NCBI RefSeq assembly: GCF_009914755.1
Contig: NC_060930.1
Reading direction: 5' to 3' (one strand)
Origin: the human T2T-CHM13v2.0 reference genome, Homo sapiens
Length of the DNA stretch: 64,000 bases
Positions 42,550 to 57,887 of this stretch are shown here, piece after piece. The notes below the pieces were generated by a model. The model saw only the letters and a program-made list of their open reading frames with translations, searched no databases and was not told the origin of the DNA. The stretch's first letter is position 1, and each line of letters starts with the position of its first letter. Both the position numbers and the translations under genes were made by a program.

Positions 42550-43990
42550 TGATATAGCTTGTCCCTGCTCAAATCTCATGTTGAATTATAATCCTTGATG
42601 CTGGAGATAGGGCCTGGTGTTTGGGTCATGGGAGTGGATCCCTCATGGTTTAGTGCTATCTTCTTGATAGTGAGTGAGTTCTTGCAAAATTTAGTTGTTT
42701 AAATGTGTGTTATCAGGGGAATATGCCCCCATTATTTCAACGTAGGTTCTTTCTATTTTCCATAAGTGTCAGCCGGCTGAGAAATAAACAGAAAGAGTAC
42801 AAAGAGAGGAATTTTACAGCTGGGCCACCGGGGGTGACATCACATATCGGTAGGACCATGATGCCCACCTGAGGCTCAAACCAGCAAGTTTTTTATTAAG
42901 GGTTTCAAAAGGGGAGGAGGTGTAAAACAGGGAGTAGGTACAAAGATCGCATGCTTCAAAGGGCAAAAAGCAGAACAATGATCACATGATTCTGAGGGAA
43001 CAGGAAAAAGGCAAAGCAGAACTACTGATAAGGGTCTATGTTCAGCTGTGCACATATTGTCTTGATAAATGTCTTAAACAACAGAAAACAGGGTTTGAGA
43101 GCAGAGAACCAGTATGACTACAAATTTTCGATGGCAGAGTTTTTTCCCGACCCTAGTAAGCCTGAGGGTACTGCAGTAGACCAGGGCATATCTCAGTCCT
43201 TATCTCAACTGCATGAGACTGACACTCCCAGAGCAGCTGTTTATAGACCTCCCCCAGGGATGCATTCCTTTCCCAGGGTAATATTAATATTGCTTGCTAG
43301 GAAAAGAATTTAGCGGTATCTCTCCTACTTGCACATCCGTTTAAAGGCTCTCTGCAAGAAGAAAAATATGGCTCTTTCTGCCCAACCCCACAGGCAGTCA
43401 GAACTTATGGTTGTCTTCCCTTGTTCCTTAAAAATCGCTGTTATTCTGTTCTTTTTCAAGGTGCACAGATTTCATATTGTTCAAACACACATGTTTTACA
43501 ATCAATCTGTACAGTTAACACAATTATCACAGTGGTCCTGAGGTGACCTACATCTTCAGTTTACGAAGATAACAGGATTAAGAGATTAAGACAGGATTAA
43601 GAGATTAAGACAGGCAAAATTTAAAAAAGTATTATTTGGGAACTGATAAATGTTCATATTAAAATGAAATCTTCACACTTTATGTTCCTCTGCTGTGGCT
43701 CCAGCCGATCCCTCCGTTTGGGGTCCCTGACTTCCTGAAACATTGTGTGACACCTCACTCCACCTCTCTCTCTCCCTCTCTCACTCCTGTTGTGTCCATG
43801 TGATGTGCCTGCTCCCCCTTTGCCTTCTGCAATGATTGTAAGCTCTCTGAGGCCTCCCCAGAAGCCAAGCAGATGCTAGCACCATGCTTCCCTTAAGTCT
43901 GCAGAACCATAAGCCAAGTAAACCTCTTTTCTTTATAAATCACTCAGTATCAGGTATTTATTTATAGCAATGCAAGAACTGCCTAATACA
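42550..43990 (+). mobile_element. MaLR MST (MSTB-like) solo LTR split by MER11; perfect 5-bp TSD
   Basis: 5' half 42550-42710 (tgatatagctt...caaatctcatgttgaatt) and 3' half 43743-43990 (gaggcctccccagaagcc...gcctaataca); TSD atcat at 42545-42549 and 43991-43995. Confidence 0.9.
42711..43742 (-). mobile_element. MER11 (HERV-K11/HML-8) solo LTR
   Basis: Ends tatcagggg...tttcaacgtaggttctttctattttcc and ccgtttggggtccctgacttcctgaaaca; 6-bp flanks gtgtgt/ttgtgt; internal 19-bp tandem duplication at 43572-43609. Confidence 0.92.
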
Positions 43991-45159
43991 ATCATCAATG
44001 TGAATTCTCACATTATACAGCCCCAATCATATTTCTACTCAATTCAGAAAAGTCTCATAATTCTACTCCATACTGACCTAGTTATAATACTCTTTTTCAG
44101 CATTTAATATTTCCTTTTTTACATCTATTATTTCAAACACCACAGACTCATACTTGTATAATATTCTGTATATTATTCCTTAATTTGAACTCTTTGTTCT
44201 ACACATAATAATATTTGTATCTGCCAAATATATCTATTACCTAAGGCCCATCACTACCATTAATCTTGCCTCATAGTCATTCTGGCAAGCATTCTTTCCT
44301 TACACATTATGAGAAAATACTAGGAAAATATTTTCTTCCATTAAATTATATTAGTTACAAATTTTACCAAAATTTGTTTTAGTCTTTTCTTCATTTGTGT
44401 AGTTTAAAGATAATATGTACCTGAATCATAGTTGTGCAACTATTAAAGAAAACAGGTTGGTGCAGGTAGAGGCGAGGATTAGGTGACTAAGCATTGCTTT
44501 CTTTCTCTATTTAACTTCAGGTTTTCAGGTACCACAGATAAATGCAGACTTAAAACTCATTGCTTTACAAGACACTTAATAAGAGAAAAATTTCCCCATC
44601 TTGTAAGATTTGGAAAAGCTGTCTTCCTTTGCCTAATGGAGATTCCTAATGTAGGACATCAAGACTCTGAGAAGTAATACAGTAAGAGAACCATTACAAC
44701 TTTTTGGGACCCAGAATGCCAAAATATACCAAATGCTTTGGTAATGTAGACCCTTTTCATGAAACAACTATGGATATTCCACGAACTTAGTATGTCTTTT
44801 TGTACAGATTAGAAAGAGTTAGTATAGAACAATGTAAACATACACAAAAGATGACTTGTAATGTTTTATTGTTTTTAATTTTAAAATTCAGAATCTTGAT
44901 TTATAAAATGGTTATCTCACACTTTTCAAAGATTGCATCTCACATCTACTCACTTGACCTCAGCTCAAGACATGCTCACTTATTTAGTATCAGTGACAAT
45001 ACCCATCTGTTGCATAATGGTTTGTGATACATATCCTGATTATTTTCTAGAATGCATTTTCTCTGTTGTCTGTATTTAGAAGTTTCTGCTTATCATTTCT
45101 TCAGTGAACACTTAAGTCAGTTAAAATAAGTTCCTCTATTGAGGGCCCCATACATGCCA

Positions 45160-45325
45160 GTATCTGCTAGCAGGTGTATAAATTGGTGCACCTGTTTTAT
45201 AAAATTGTTTGCTAATATCTACTAAAGCTAAACATATATAAACTCATGACCTACCAATACTAAAATTGAATATACTCTTAACAGAAATGAGTGCCTATGG
45301 CTCTAAAAGACAAGAAAAAGAATAG
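45160..45325 (+). mobile_element. Old L1ME-type 3' fragment (further pieces at ~46265-46335 and ~47972-48160)
   Basis: gtgtataaattggtgca...tatctactaaagctaaacata...acagaaatgagtgc. Confidence 0.55.
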
Positions 45326-45557
45326 AGCAGCAGGAACTCAGCACTATCTGCCTGGAGATAGAGACCTGTTTATTGGTGGCCATGGCCCTCAAACACCAGT
45401 AGCTTTGGCACATAGGTCTATCTTCTGGAATGACCAGGCATCCCTACATAGGCCAGAGTCTTCCTGTACAGGCACAGGGCCCTAAGGCTGCACAGCTGCC
45501 TGTGTTCCAGTCTGCAGTTGTGTTAAAATCAAGACATTGAGTGTGCTTCTGCTAAGG

Positions 45558-45705
45558 CAGTGGTTCTCGTAATTTTTGCAGACGTCGATATCACTTGAAG
45601 AGCTTGTTAAACTGCAGATCAATGAGTCCTGCAACCAGCAGCCCTGATATTTACATTGGAGGCATATATGCTGCTGGTCCAGGAGCCACACTTTGGGAAT
45701 TATGG
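45558..45705. mobile_element. MER5A-like hAT MITE
   Basis: cagtggttctc...atcacttgaagagcttgttaaa...atgctgctggtcc...ccacactttgggaa. Confidence 0.7.
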
Positions 45706-45899
45706 CATTAAACAGTGTGGTTGCGTACTTACTGCTTACATTTAATTATAAATGGTGACCCATCTTCCCAATTTAGTTCCAGAAGAACAGTATTTATCCA
45801 TTAAATATTGTAGTGCATGATTTATGACAGTTGTAGAATGAACAAATAACATGGTTCTGTCACAAATTCCTGCAAGCTGGTTACTGATGTGCTTTTAGC

Positions 45900-46040
45900 A
45901 ATCCACTCCACCCTCCCCATGGCTGGAGCTACCAGGCTACATAACTCTGGCTGCAAGCACCACTTCCATTTACCCCCTGTGCCATAGAAATACTGCCATT
46001 TTCCATGTGTGTCATAGTGGGGAAAATTTAGAAAGATTGT
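45900..46040. mobile_element. Possible MER112-like hAT fragment
   Basis: ccattttccatgtgtgtcatagtggggaaaatttagaaag resembles the recalled MER112 terminus. Confidence 0.35.
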
Positions 46041-46338
46041 GTTAAATAATCAACATTGTTATAATGAGGGGCAAACTTGATCGTATGCCTTGATAACCCA
46101 TAAGATATCATGATTTAACACTAAACCATACTGTTTTTTACAAACATTGATGCAAACTTAACAACAAAAAATAAACTTTACCTATCACCTATAACAATCT
46201 CAAATTGAAAATAATTAAGATTTATATATATATATGAGAATAGATATCTAAACAATCAGATATTTCATACCACTGATGAGAAATGAAATATTGCCTCATG
46301 TGGAAATATGATGGCTCTCACACAGATGATGTAAAAAT

Positions 46339-47963
46339 AAAACATTCCATGATCATGGAGAGGAAAAATCAATATCGTGAAAATGGCCATATTGCCCAAA
46401 GTAATTTGTAGATTCAATGCTATTTCCATCAAGCTACCATTGGCTTTTCTCACATAATTAGAAAAAACTACCTTAATTTTCATATGAAACCAAAAAAGAG
46501 CCTATGTAGCCAAGACAATGCTAAGCAAAAAGAACAAAGCTGGAGGCATCACGCTAACTGACTTCAAACTATACTACTAGGCTACAGTAACCAAAACAGC
46601 ATGATACTGGTACCAAAAGAGATATATAGACCAATGGAACAGAAAAGAGGCCTCAGAAATAATGTCACACATCTACCACAATCTGACCCTTGACAAACCT
46701 GACAAAAACAAACAATGGGGAAAGGATTCCCTATTTAATAAATGGTATTGGGGAAAGTGGCTAGCCATATGCAGAAAACTGAAACTGGACCTCTTCCTTG
46801 CACTTTCTACAAAAATTAACTCAAGATAGATTAAAGATTTAAATGTAAGACCTGAAACCATAAAAACCCTAGAAGAAAACCTACGCAATACCATTCAGGA
46901 CATATGCATGGGCAAAGACTTCATGACTAAAACACTAAAAACAATGGCAATGAAAGCCAAAATGGACAAATGGGATCTAATTAAACTAAAGAGCTTCTGC
47001 ATAGCAAAGAAACTATCATCAAAGTTAACAGGCAACCTACCGAATGGGAGAAAATTTTTGCAATCTATCCATCTGACAAAGGGCTAATATCCAGAATCTA
47101 TAAGGAACTTATACAAATGTACAAGGAAAACACAAACAACCCCATCAAAAAGTGGGCTAAGGATATGCACAGGTACTTTTCAAAAGAAGACATTTATGTG
47201 GCCAAAAAACATGAAAAAAAGCTCATCATCACTGGTCATTAGAGAAATGCAAATCAAAACCACAATGAAATACCATTTCACACCAGTTAGCATGGTCAGG
47301 AAACAACAGATACTGGAGAGGATGTGGAGAAATAGGAACGCTTTTACACCGTCGGTGGGAGGGTAAATTAGTTCAACCACTGTGGAAGACAGTGTGGTGA
47401 TTCTTCAAGGATCTAGAACTAGAAATACCATTTGACCCAGCAATCCCATTACTGGGTATATACTCAAAGGACTGTAAATCATTCTACCATAAAGACACAT
47501 GCACACATATGTTTAGTGCAGCACTATTCACAATAGCAAAGACTTGAAACCAAACTAAATGCCTATCAATGTTAGACTGGATAAAGAAAATGTGGCCCAT
47601 ATATGCCATGGAATACTATGCAGCCATAAAAAAGGATGAGGTCATGTCCTTTGCAGGGACATGTATGAAGCTGGAAGCCATCATTCTCAGCAAACTAACA
47701 CAGGAACAGAAAACCAAATACCGCATGTTGTCACTCATAAGTGGGAGTTGAACAATAAGAACATATGGGCACAGGGAGGGAAGCATCACACACTAGGGCC
47801 TGTCAGGGGGTAAGGGTCAAAGGGAGGGATAGCATTAAGAGAAATACCTAATGTAAATGATGGGTTGACGGGCGCAGCAAACCACCATGGCACATGTATA
47901 CCTATGTAACAAACCTGCACATTCTGCCCATGTATCCCAGAACTTAATGTATTAAAAAAAAAA
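46339..47963 (+). mobile_element. 5'-truncated L1PA7-like LINE
   Basis: ORF2 3' third (aatatcgtgaaaatggccatattgccc...), [11 protein letters not shown], 3'UTR ...tgtatcccagaactt and poly-A. Confidence 0.95.
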
Positions 47964-48249
47964 GAAACAAAGATTGCATACTATATAATGGCATTTACAT
48001 GAATTACTCAAGCAGAAAATTGTAGTGATTGTCTTCGGAAAGTATTACATGAATAATGCTCAAAAGAGTTTTCTGGAATGTTGGAAATTTACATTTTGAT
48101 CTGGTTGGTGGTTGCACAAGTATATTGATTTTTTGGTTAAAAATGAATTGTATATTAAACAATTTCTCCTCTTCAAGAGCTTAGAGAATACAAGGGATAT
48201 AAATATATTTATGTTTTTCTTTTTGCCAGTGACTGAGTAATAATTGACA

Positions 48250-48420
48250 AACATTTATTTTCTCACAAGTCCTTATCTACAGGGAAGGTATTACTAGTCA
48301 CATTTTTAAGGTAGGGAATTGAGATGTCTAGTACCTTACATGAAGTAGTAAGGCTAAGGTAGAAATTCAGGTTTTTCTTCCTCCAAAATCCCTGTATTTT
48401 AATCATTATGCTGTATTATT
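48250..48420 (-). mobile_element. MIR relic
   Basis: ggtattactagtcacatttttaaggtagggaattgag...aattcaggtt...ctccaaaatccctg...taatcattatgctg. Confidence 0.5.
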
Positions 48421-49334
48421 TCTCTGCAGATAGTTTTATGTTTATTATTATAATTAATAATTTTAAATGGGTGCCATTATAAAAGGCAGAGTTTCTGTCA
48501 GATTCATCTTTGTGGTCCTATTGTGCAGCACAGTTTTCGGCACAGAATAACCACTTAGTATTACTTGAATAATAGTTGAATGGCTGTATACCTATGAGGT
48601 AATTTATAAATGAATATTATATGTTTTTAACATTATTACTTATATAATATTATTTTCATTATATTGTTATTTATTTTATTTTGATCATTTTATTCCAAAT
48701 TCTTTTAAAGATTCCAATTTAATGTGTTTTGACTCCCATGTTATGCTGAAAAATATTAAAATAAATTTAATTGAAAATAATTACACCTATATGAAGAATT
48801 GTGTAAGATCAATACGCATTAAGCGAACACATTTATGAAAAAAACATTATGTTTTGAGAAAGTACTAACTCTTTTGCTCTTACAGATTTATGAGAATGTT
48901 TAAATCATTGTATTTTGGAAAATAATAATTTACCTAAACATTTTATATCTAAATAATTTCTCTTTGAAATGGATGACAGCTGGAATCCAGCTGTCAAAGA
49001 AAAATTAATGCCAGTTACTGAGAAGGCAGAAAAACTATATTTTAAATAGTCAATATACTTTCCTCTCTGCTGAAAAACAATTATTATCACTGCACTGAAG
49101 TTTGATTCACTTGACATTGTTCAATTTTGCAGCAGGACACTCATCATCAGAATGTGGGTACCTAACACAAAAGTCTGCATATTGGAATGTAAAAACCTGT
49201 CACCATGGTGTTTGGTACATGCATTATCACTAGTAATAAATAGCTACATTCCTCTTCAAGCTTACTTTCAATTTAAGAATTTCCTAATGAAACACCAAGA
49301 AACACCAATCCAAATTATTTCTCATTTGGATGTA

Positions 49335-49745
49335 TTTTTTGCAAATTCATTGAAGAATAATTTCTGCACAATTAGCTGTACATATTTAAAGTGAACAATT
49401 TGATGGATTTTCACATATGCATACATTCATGGAACCAAAATTCCAATAAAAATACATTTTTATCACACCAAACATATTAATATTCCTCATGTCTTTAGAT
49501 TCTGTACATGCGCAACCATTGACTGGCTTTCTGTTGTAGAGAGAACTCTATTATGTATACATCTATATAAAGGATATTACACAGTACATACATATTTTGT
49601 CTAGATATTTTGCTCATCATAGTGATTTAATACTCATCCGTGTTGTTGCATGTCAATAATTCATTGCTTTTATTAATAAGTAAGTTTCTATTGTATAGCT
49701 AAGTAATAACTTATCCATTCATTTGTAAATAAAAATTTAGTTTTA
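49335..49745 (-). mobile_element. Old L1M (MB/MC-type) 3' end
   Basis: catatttaaagtgaacaatttgatggatttt...gcaaccattgactggctttct...catccgtgttgttgcatgtcaataattcatt. Confidence 0.7.
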
Positions 49746-49854
49746 GTTAAAACAATACTCATAGCTAATGAAATAATTATTAAATATTTTATACATTATT
49801 TTAGTGTTTACTAGGCATTTATAAATTTAAGCAGATTAAATCAATATCTTATTC

Positions 49855-51330
49855 ATTTTATAACTTGACATTTTCAGAGTATCTCTCCTGTGTGAGAAAG
49901 TGTTCAACAAGCTAAGTATACAACAGGAAGCATAATACAAAATTCTCACTCTCATGGAATAAACTTTGGTGAGAGGAAGGACTATACAGATCTGTGCTTA
50001 CAAATCCAAATGAGCAATATTAGTACAGGTGCTAAGAAGGAAATAAGAGATAAGTATGTGCCAGAGACTAACTAAAATAGAAAGATGTGAGCAGGCTTTT
50101 AAATAATATGGGTGGGGCAGGTCTTTCAGATATCCGCTTTGAGATGAGACATAGTTGACGAGAAGGAACGAGTCACGGGACAAACCAGTGGAAGAGTGTT
50201 CCTAACGCAGGCCATAGTGAGTATGGCAAGCAAATGATATAAAGACAAATAAGCAGGGAGAAGGAGTGGTCTCTTGTGTTGGAATATATTGAACCACTGA
50301 AAAATTTAAAGGGAGAGTTTCAAAATGTGGATTGCACACAGATATGTTTAGCCATGAAAGCCATAGGTAATAATTTTGGTTTGATGTGTTTATTTGTTTT
50401 AAAACTAAAAAATTATGTGATCTGGCTTGTAAAATAGCATTTTGGCTACTAAGTGGATAGTGAGGGTAAATTTTGAATCAAAATTGAGTGTTAACAATGT
50501 TATTGTAGTGCCACCAGTGAGAGTGGAGGTTGCTTTAAAAAATCTGGAGACACACCAGAGTGGGAGAATTTAAAATTTGCCACAGTATTCATTGATGTAT
50601 TCAATGTAAATGGGGTGGGGTTATTGAGAAAAAAAGGTTGAATCAAGAATGATTCATAGTTATTTGGCCTCAGAATGAGCTGAGACCCACTGAGAGCAAG
50701 AATAGACAAGAAAGATTTTGGAATGGGAAAATAGAAAATGCAAATTTGAATATATTATATTTAACATTATTTTTGACATGCAAACAATAATCTTTTTTAT
50801 GTTGGATAATGGATATAAGAAACCCAAGATTATAAAAGTGAACAACACTAAAGATGCAAATGTAACATTTATCAGCAAATATATATATATATATATTTAT
50901 ACACACGCACATATACATCTATGCAAAGCTAGGTCTGCTTTCAGAAATTCCAATATTCTAAGGTTTGTCAGAGAAAGAAGAAAAGTCAAATGAGAATGTA
51001 AATAGTGGCAGTTAAGGATAATACACAGCCAAGTACAACGCTGTGCAAGATTGGTGATCCTGACAAAAGCAATTTGAGTAGTAGATTTGAAAGATGAACT
51101 GAAGATTCAAAAGTAAATGTAATGAAGGTATTCTTTTCAAGAAGATTCATGCAAAGTACACTTATATGCTAATAAAAATGAGCCAGAGGAAAGGAGAAGT
51201 CAACATTAGAGATGAAGGAGGGCAGAGCTGTAGAAAAGCATTTCTTGAGAAAGCAAGATCAAATGGGTTCCAAGACACAAGTAGAAGGATTTGTCTTTGG
51301 TAGGACAGGGTCACATTTCCACTGTAATTG
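49855..51330 (-). mobile_element. L2 relic
   Basis: Purine-rich L2 antisense motifs: ctcactctcatggaat, gaagagtgttcc...cagg, ttttgacatg, gccatgaaagcc, tggtgatcctgacaaaagcaattt. Confidence 0.55.
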
Positions 51331-51508
51331 AAGGAAAGAGAGATTATATAATTTATAATATTAATTTTATAATTAATACACCATGGAATTTTCCCCATAT
51401 CCTTCCATGTTGAATAACATCCATTGTAAACCCTGGTTTTATACTTAATTGATTTTCATGATCTAAGGGAAGAACATTTTAGAAAGTTTAAGAAATAAAA
51501 TAATAGTG

Positions 51509-52030
<522 letters not shown>

Positions 52031-52519
52031 TTACTCTTCTATAATCAATTTAAAACACTTCTTAGTAATGTATTAACCGAATTGAAAATAATTCAAGTCA
52101 ATCATTTAGCTTTCTAATCATACGTCCAAGGTGACCTTACGTGACAAGATTAGTGAAAGTCGGAGCTGCCTTCCTGTTTGTTCCCCTGGAATCCCCTCAG
52201 TTTTACAAAGCCAGTGTCCTTTATTTATTGCTCAGTGTCCTTTGCTGACAATAGCACACTCAACTGCCTGCTCCCAGAAACCACAGGAAATTGCCACAAG
52301 CAGAAGTCACTTCGACTTTGGGTAACTTATTTTACCCTCTTTCCTTCAAATCCTAACATAGGTGTACATGCACAAATACACGCACACACACAAACTTGTT
52401 AGATTCCTGCAAGTATAAATAATAAATGTTGTACACGTGACTCATTTAAAAACATATCCCTGAGCTTTTAATACAACTATGCTTGTTTTTAGCAAAGTTT
52501 TGTTCCATATATTATGCTT

Positions 52520-52854
52520 ATTATTTTTCATTTATTTTATTTACTTATTTATTTATTTATTTATTTTTGAGATGGAGTCTCTGTCTCTGTTGCCCTGGCT
52601 GGAGCGCAGTGGCGCTATCTGGGTTCACTGCAACCTCTGCCTCCTGGGTTCAAGAGATTCACCTGCGTCAGTGTACTAAGTAGCTGGTACCACAGGTGCA
52701 TGCCATTACGCACAGCTAATTTTTGTAATTTTGGTAGAGACGGGGTTTCACCATGTTGATCAGGCTGATCTCAAACTGCTTTAATATCAAGTGATCTGCC
52801 TGCCTCGGCCTCCAAGAGTGCTGGGATTACAGGTGTGAGCCACCGCGCCCTGCC
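52520..52854 (-). mobile_element. AluS with (TTTA)n tail
   Basis: gagatggagtct...gtagagacggggtttcaccatgttg...gtgagccaccgcgccc. Confidence 0.93.
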
Positions 52855-52938
52855 AAAATTCTGTGTCTTTAATTAAACTAAGAATGACTAATTTTAGACT
52901 ACCAAATTTTATAGTGTGTATATGCACATTAAGACTTA

Positions 52939-53163
52939 GGCTGGACACAGTGGCTCATGCCAGTAATCAGTGAACATTGAGAGGCCAAGGTGGAAGGATT
53001 ACTTAAAATCAGAAGTTCAAGACAGCCTGGGCAACATTGTGAGACCGTGTCTCTACAGGTGGCATGCACCTGTAGTCCGAGATACTCAGGAGGTTGAGGT
53101 GGGGGGATCACTTCTGCTGTGATGCAGTCTGGGTGACAGAATTAGACCATGTCTCAAAAAAAA
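52939..53163 (+). mobile_element. AluJ with internal deletions
   Basis: ggctggacacagtggctcatgcc...gcctgggcaacat...cctgtagtcc...ctgggtgacaga...gtctcaaaaa. Confidence 0.85.
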
Positions 53164-53753
53164 TCAATATAAAAGATTTTAGCCTAGAAATGTGCCATAT
53201 CATGTTTTCCAATTAAGTACTGCTGGGAAATTGTAAGACTATCTTTTTCAAATTGCATGAATTTATTGGGCAAAATTATTAATGGAGACTCTTTTTATTA
53301 TCAAATTTGATTGTTTTAATTTGATATCTAACTTATACAACTAGAGTTGTGCAAGTTATATAATTTCAAATTAAAATATATTGCATAAATTTACATATTA
53401 CAATATCTATGTTTACACCTCTATTGATTGCTATAAATATTCTATAGATTTTATATAAAATAATGGGAGTTAGGGCCCTACATTTTGATAATAAAATGAT
53501 ATACTTAATAAAATATCACTAATAGCTGAGGTTGTCATAAAAAAGCCATGACATGGATTTTAAACAGGTCATATTCCATATCCCAAACTAGCTAGATAAT
53601 TAGTCTAACTGTGCATGGTATTCCTATATTCTCCTGTATAATTTGCATCAGAAAACATTTTAATGTTCATGAAAATAAATTTATTTTGGAAAATAAATAC
53701 AATTTTATTTTTTAGGGTTGATTTGAAACAAGCTATTTGATAAGTAAATATAA

Positions 53754-55810
<2,057 letters not shown>

Positions 55811-57815
55811 ATAAAAACTCATTTTAATAATGTAAAGACATGGCTATAGTATTAATACTCTTTAAAATGTAAGTTGAAATTGTTCTGCTTTGATTCATAT
55901 GTTTATGTTTCACAGAATGGAGCTGTTGAAGACATAATATTTTATTTTATTATAATCAGCATTCACTTAAGCTTGCTTTTTGTTGCAGTATCAAAACTTT
56001 CCAATCAGACTTAACTTTCAAAATAAAACAACTATCCATTCATGTGCCTCATTTTTGCATAAACATGTTAGTAAAATTTGAATTTATCTTTTTTATATTT
56101 GTAAACAATAAAGTATTTATTTCAAAGTTACTTGATAAATTCCTGAAGAGAGAAATAACCTTTTCCCTAATGAGGTAGTATCTTGATAAACCAACCTGGC
56201 AGTTACTCAACTTTTTTTCTTAAGTAGTTAAAAATCACTCAGTGAATAGTTAAAGGAATTGAATATATTACATATTTTCAACACCTGGAGCATAATTTTA
56301 ACATGAGTTTACAAAAATAGTTCTCTATAAGGAATATAATTTTTCTGATTTTGACATTTTGATTACCTTGACAAAATTACTGGTGTGCATGTCTATGTCT
56401 TTGAAATCATGGCAACTAGGTTATTTTCTATTCCACCATTGTACCCATAGATTAAAACTATCTCTGTTAGCATTTGGTGGTTAATTAATAGCATATATAC
56501 CAGCATATATACCACATATATTGAATAATAATTATACAATACATATGTAAATGTTGGTATATATGCTGGTATTACACATACTCACACACAAGCACATATA
56601 TAGTGACTGAGAAAATTGGCTTCAAATTCACAGAGAATTTGGTTTCACCACTTGCCTTGGCTTCCATCATGGTGGTTAATGAAGATAATATCCAACAGGT
56701 GGAGAGATCCATCAACAAAATATTTATAAACCCCTAGTATAAATTTCAGTTTACTGTCAGAACCACACCCATAGTTTGTGCAGCCTAGGCATCTATATTC
56801 AGATTTGTTTGTATGAGTTTTAAAAGGCAGGATAAAAAACAATACTTATTATATCTCCTTTAAAGTTTTTTTGAATTTAATAAGCATCAATATTTACCTG
56901 TACCTGTTTATTAGCCTAGCCTTTTTAAGCAAATTCCTACAATTCATCATTACTAATCCAATGTAAATATTACCTTCAAATAAATCTTTGTTTCACCAAC
57001 TCTTCCCACGTTATGGCCCTTATGCCCAGGCCGAATTTTCTTTTCTTTGGGGTCCCACAGTGCTTTGTTCATAGCCATGTAGAGCAGCAATTACTTGCTC
57101 ACAGATCTGTCTCTTATAATAGGCCAAATTCTTCTACAGCAGGGAGCATATGCTATTTCCTCTGATTATTCCCAAGTCTCTGTCAATGTTTATTGACTAT
57201 GCGAGAATACTAAATTGTTTGCAACCATAACTGGAAGGGGAATGGCAATTTTCAAACTTAATCATAGTTGATCCTCACTATAAAGATAAGCAGATTTACC
57301 AAAAACCACAAAATTAATTGTACTGTTTTCTAAAATATTATTAGTAACCACATTAAAACCTTCAAAATACTCCTGACGAAAATGCCAAAATAGCACAATT
57401 TATTATGCAGTTTATTGCATAATATGCAAAGCCATATTAGTAAATATGAATACATGTGCCTGTCTCATTTCATCATTTCAAACGAATTATCACTTTGCAT
57501 TTCAAATTTGTGTTCATCAAGTAATGCAATAATGATAAGCACTTGGAATTTGAACATGAGTACTAATCAGTGGATTTTTTTTCAAAGACACAACATCATT
57601 TGAATTTGTCACTTTTCAACACATTCAGTAAAAACAGAACAATGTCCAATAATGAAAAATTTACTGTGCATAATAGTCAATTGCTACAATTCTTTGTCAG
57701 AAGTCATACTTCTAAAATCACCGTAATCGAATAATGTTATAAAGAACATTCTTAAAAAGAATGTAAATATTTATATTTAAAAAGAATGTTCTTCGCAATA
57801 TAATTAGGTTATGGT

Positions 57816-57887
57816 GATTTTAGAAACATGAGAAAAAACAGATTTTAGAAGTATGAGAAAAAAACTGATTCTAGAAGTATGAGAAAA
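57816..57887 (+). repeat. Three-copy ~25-bp tandem repeat (gattttagaagtatgagaaaaaa-like)
   Basis: Direct reading. Confidence 0.85.
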
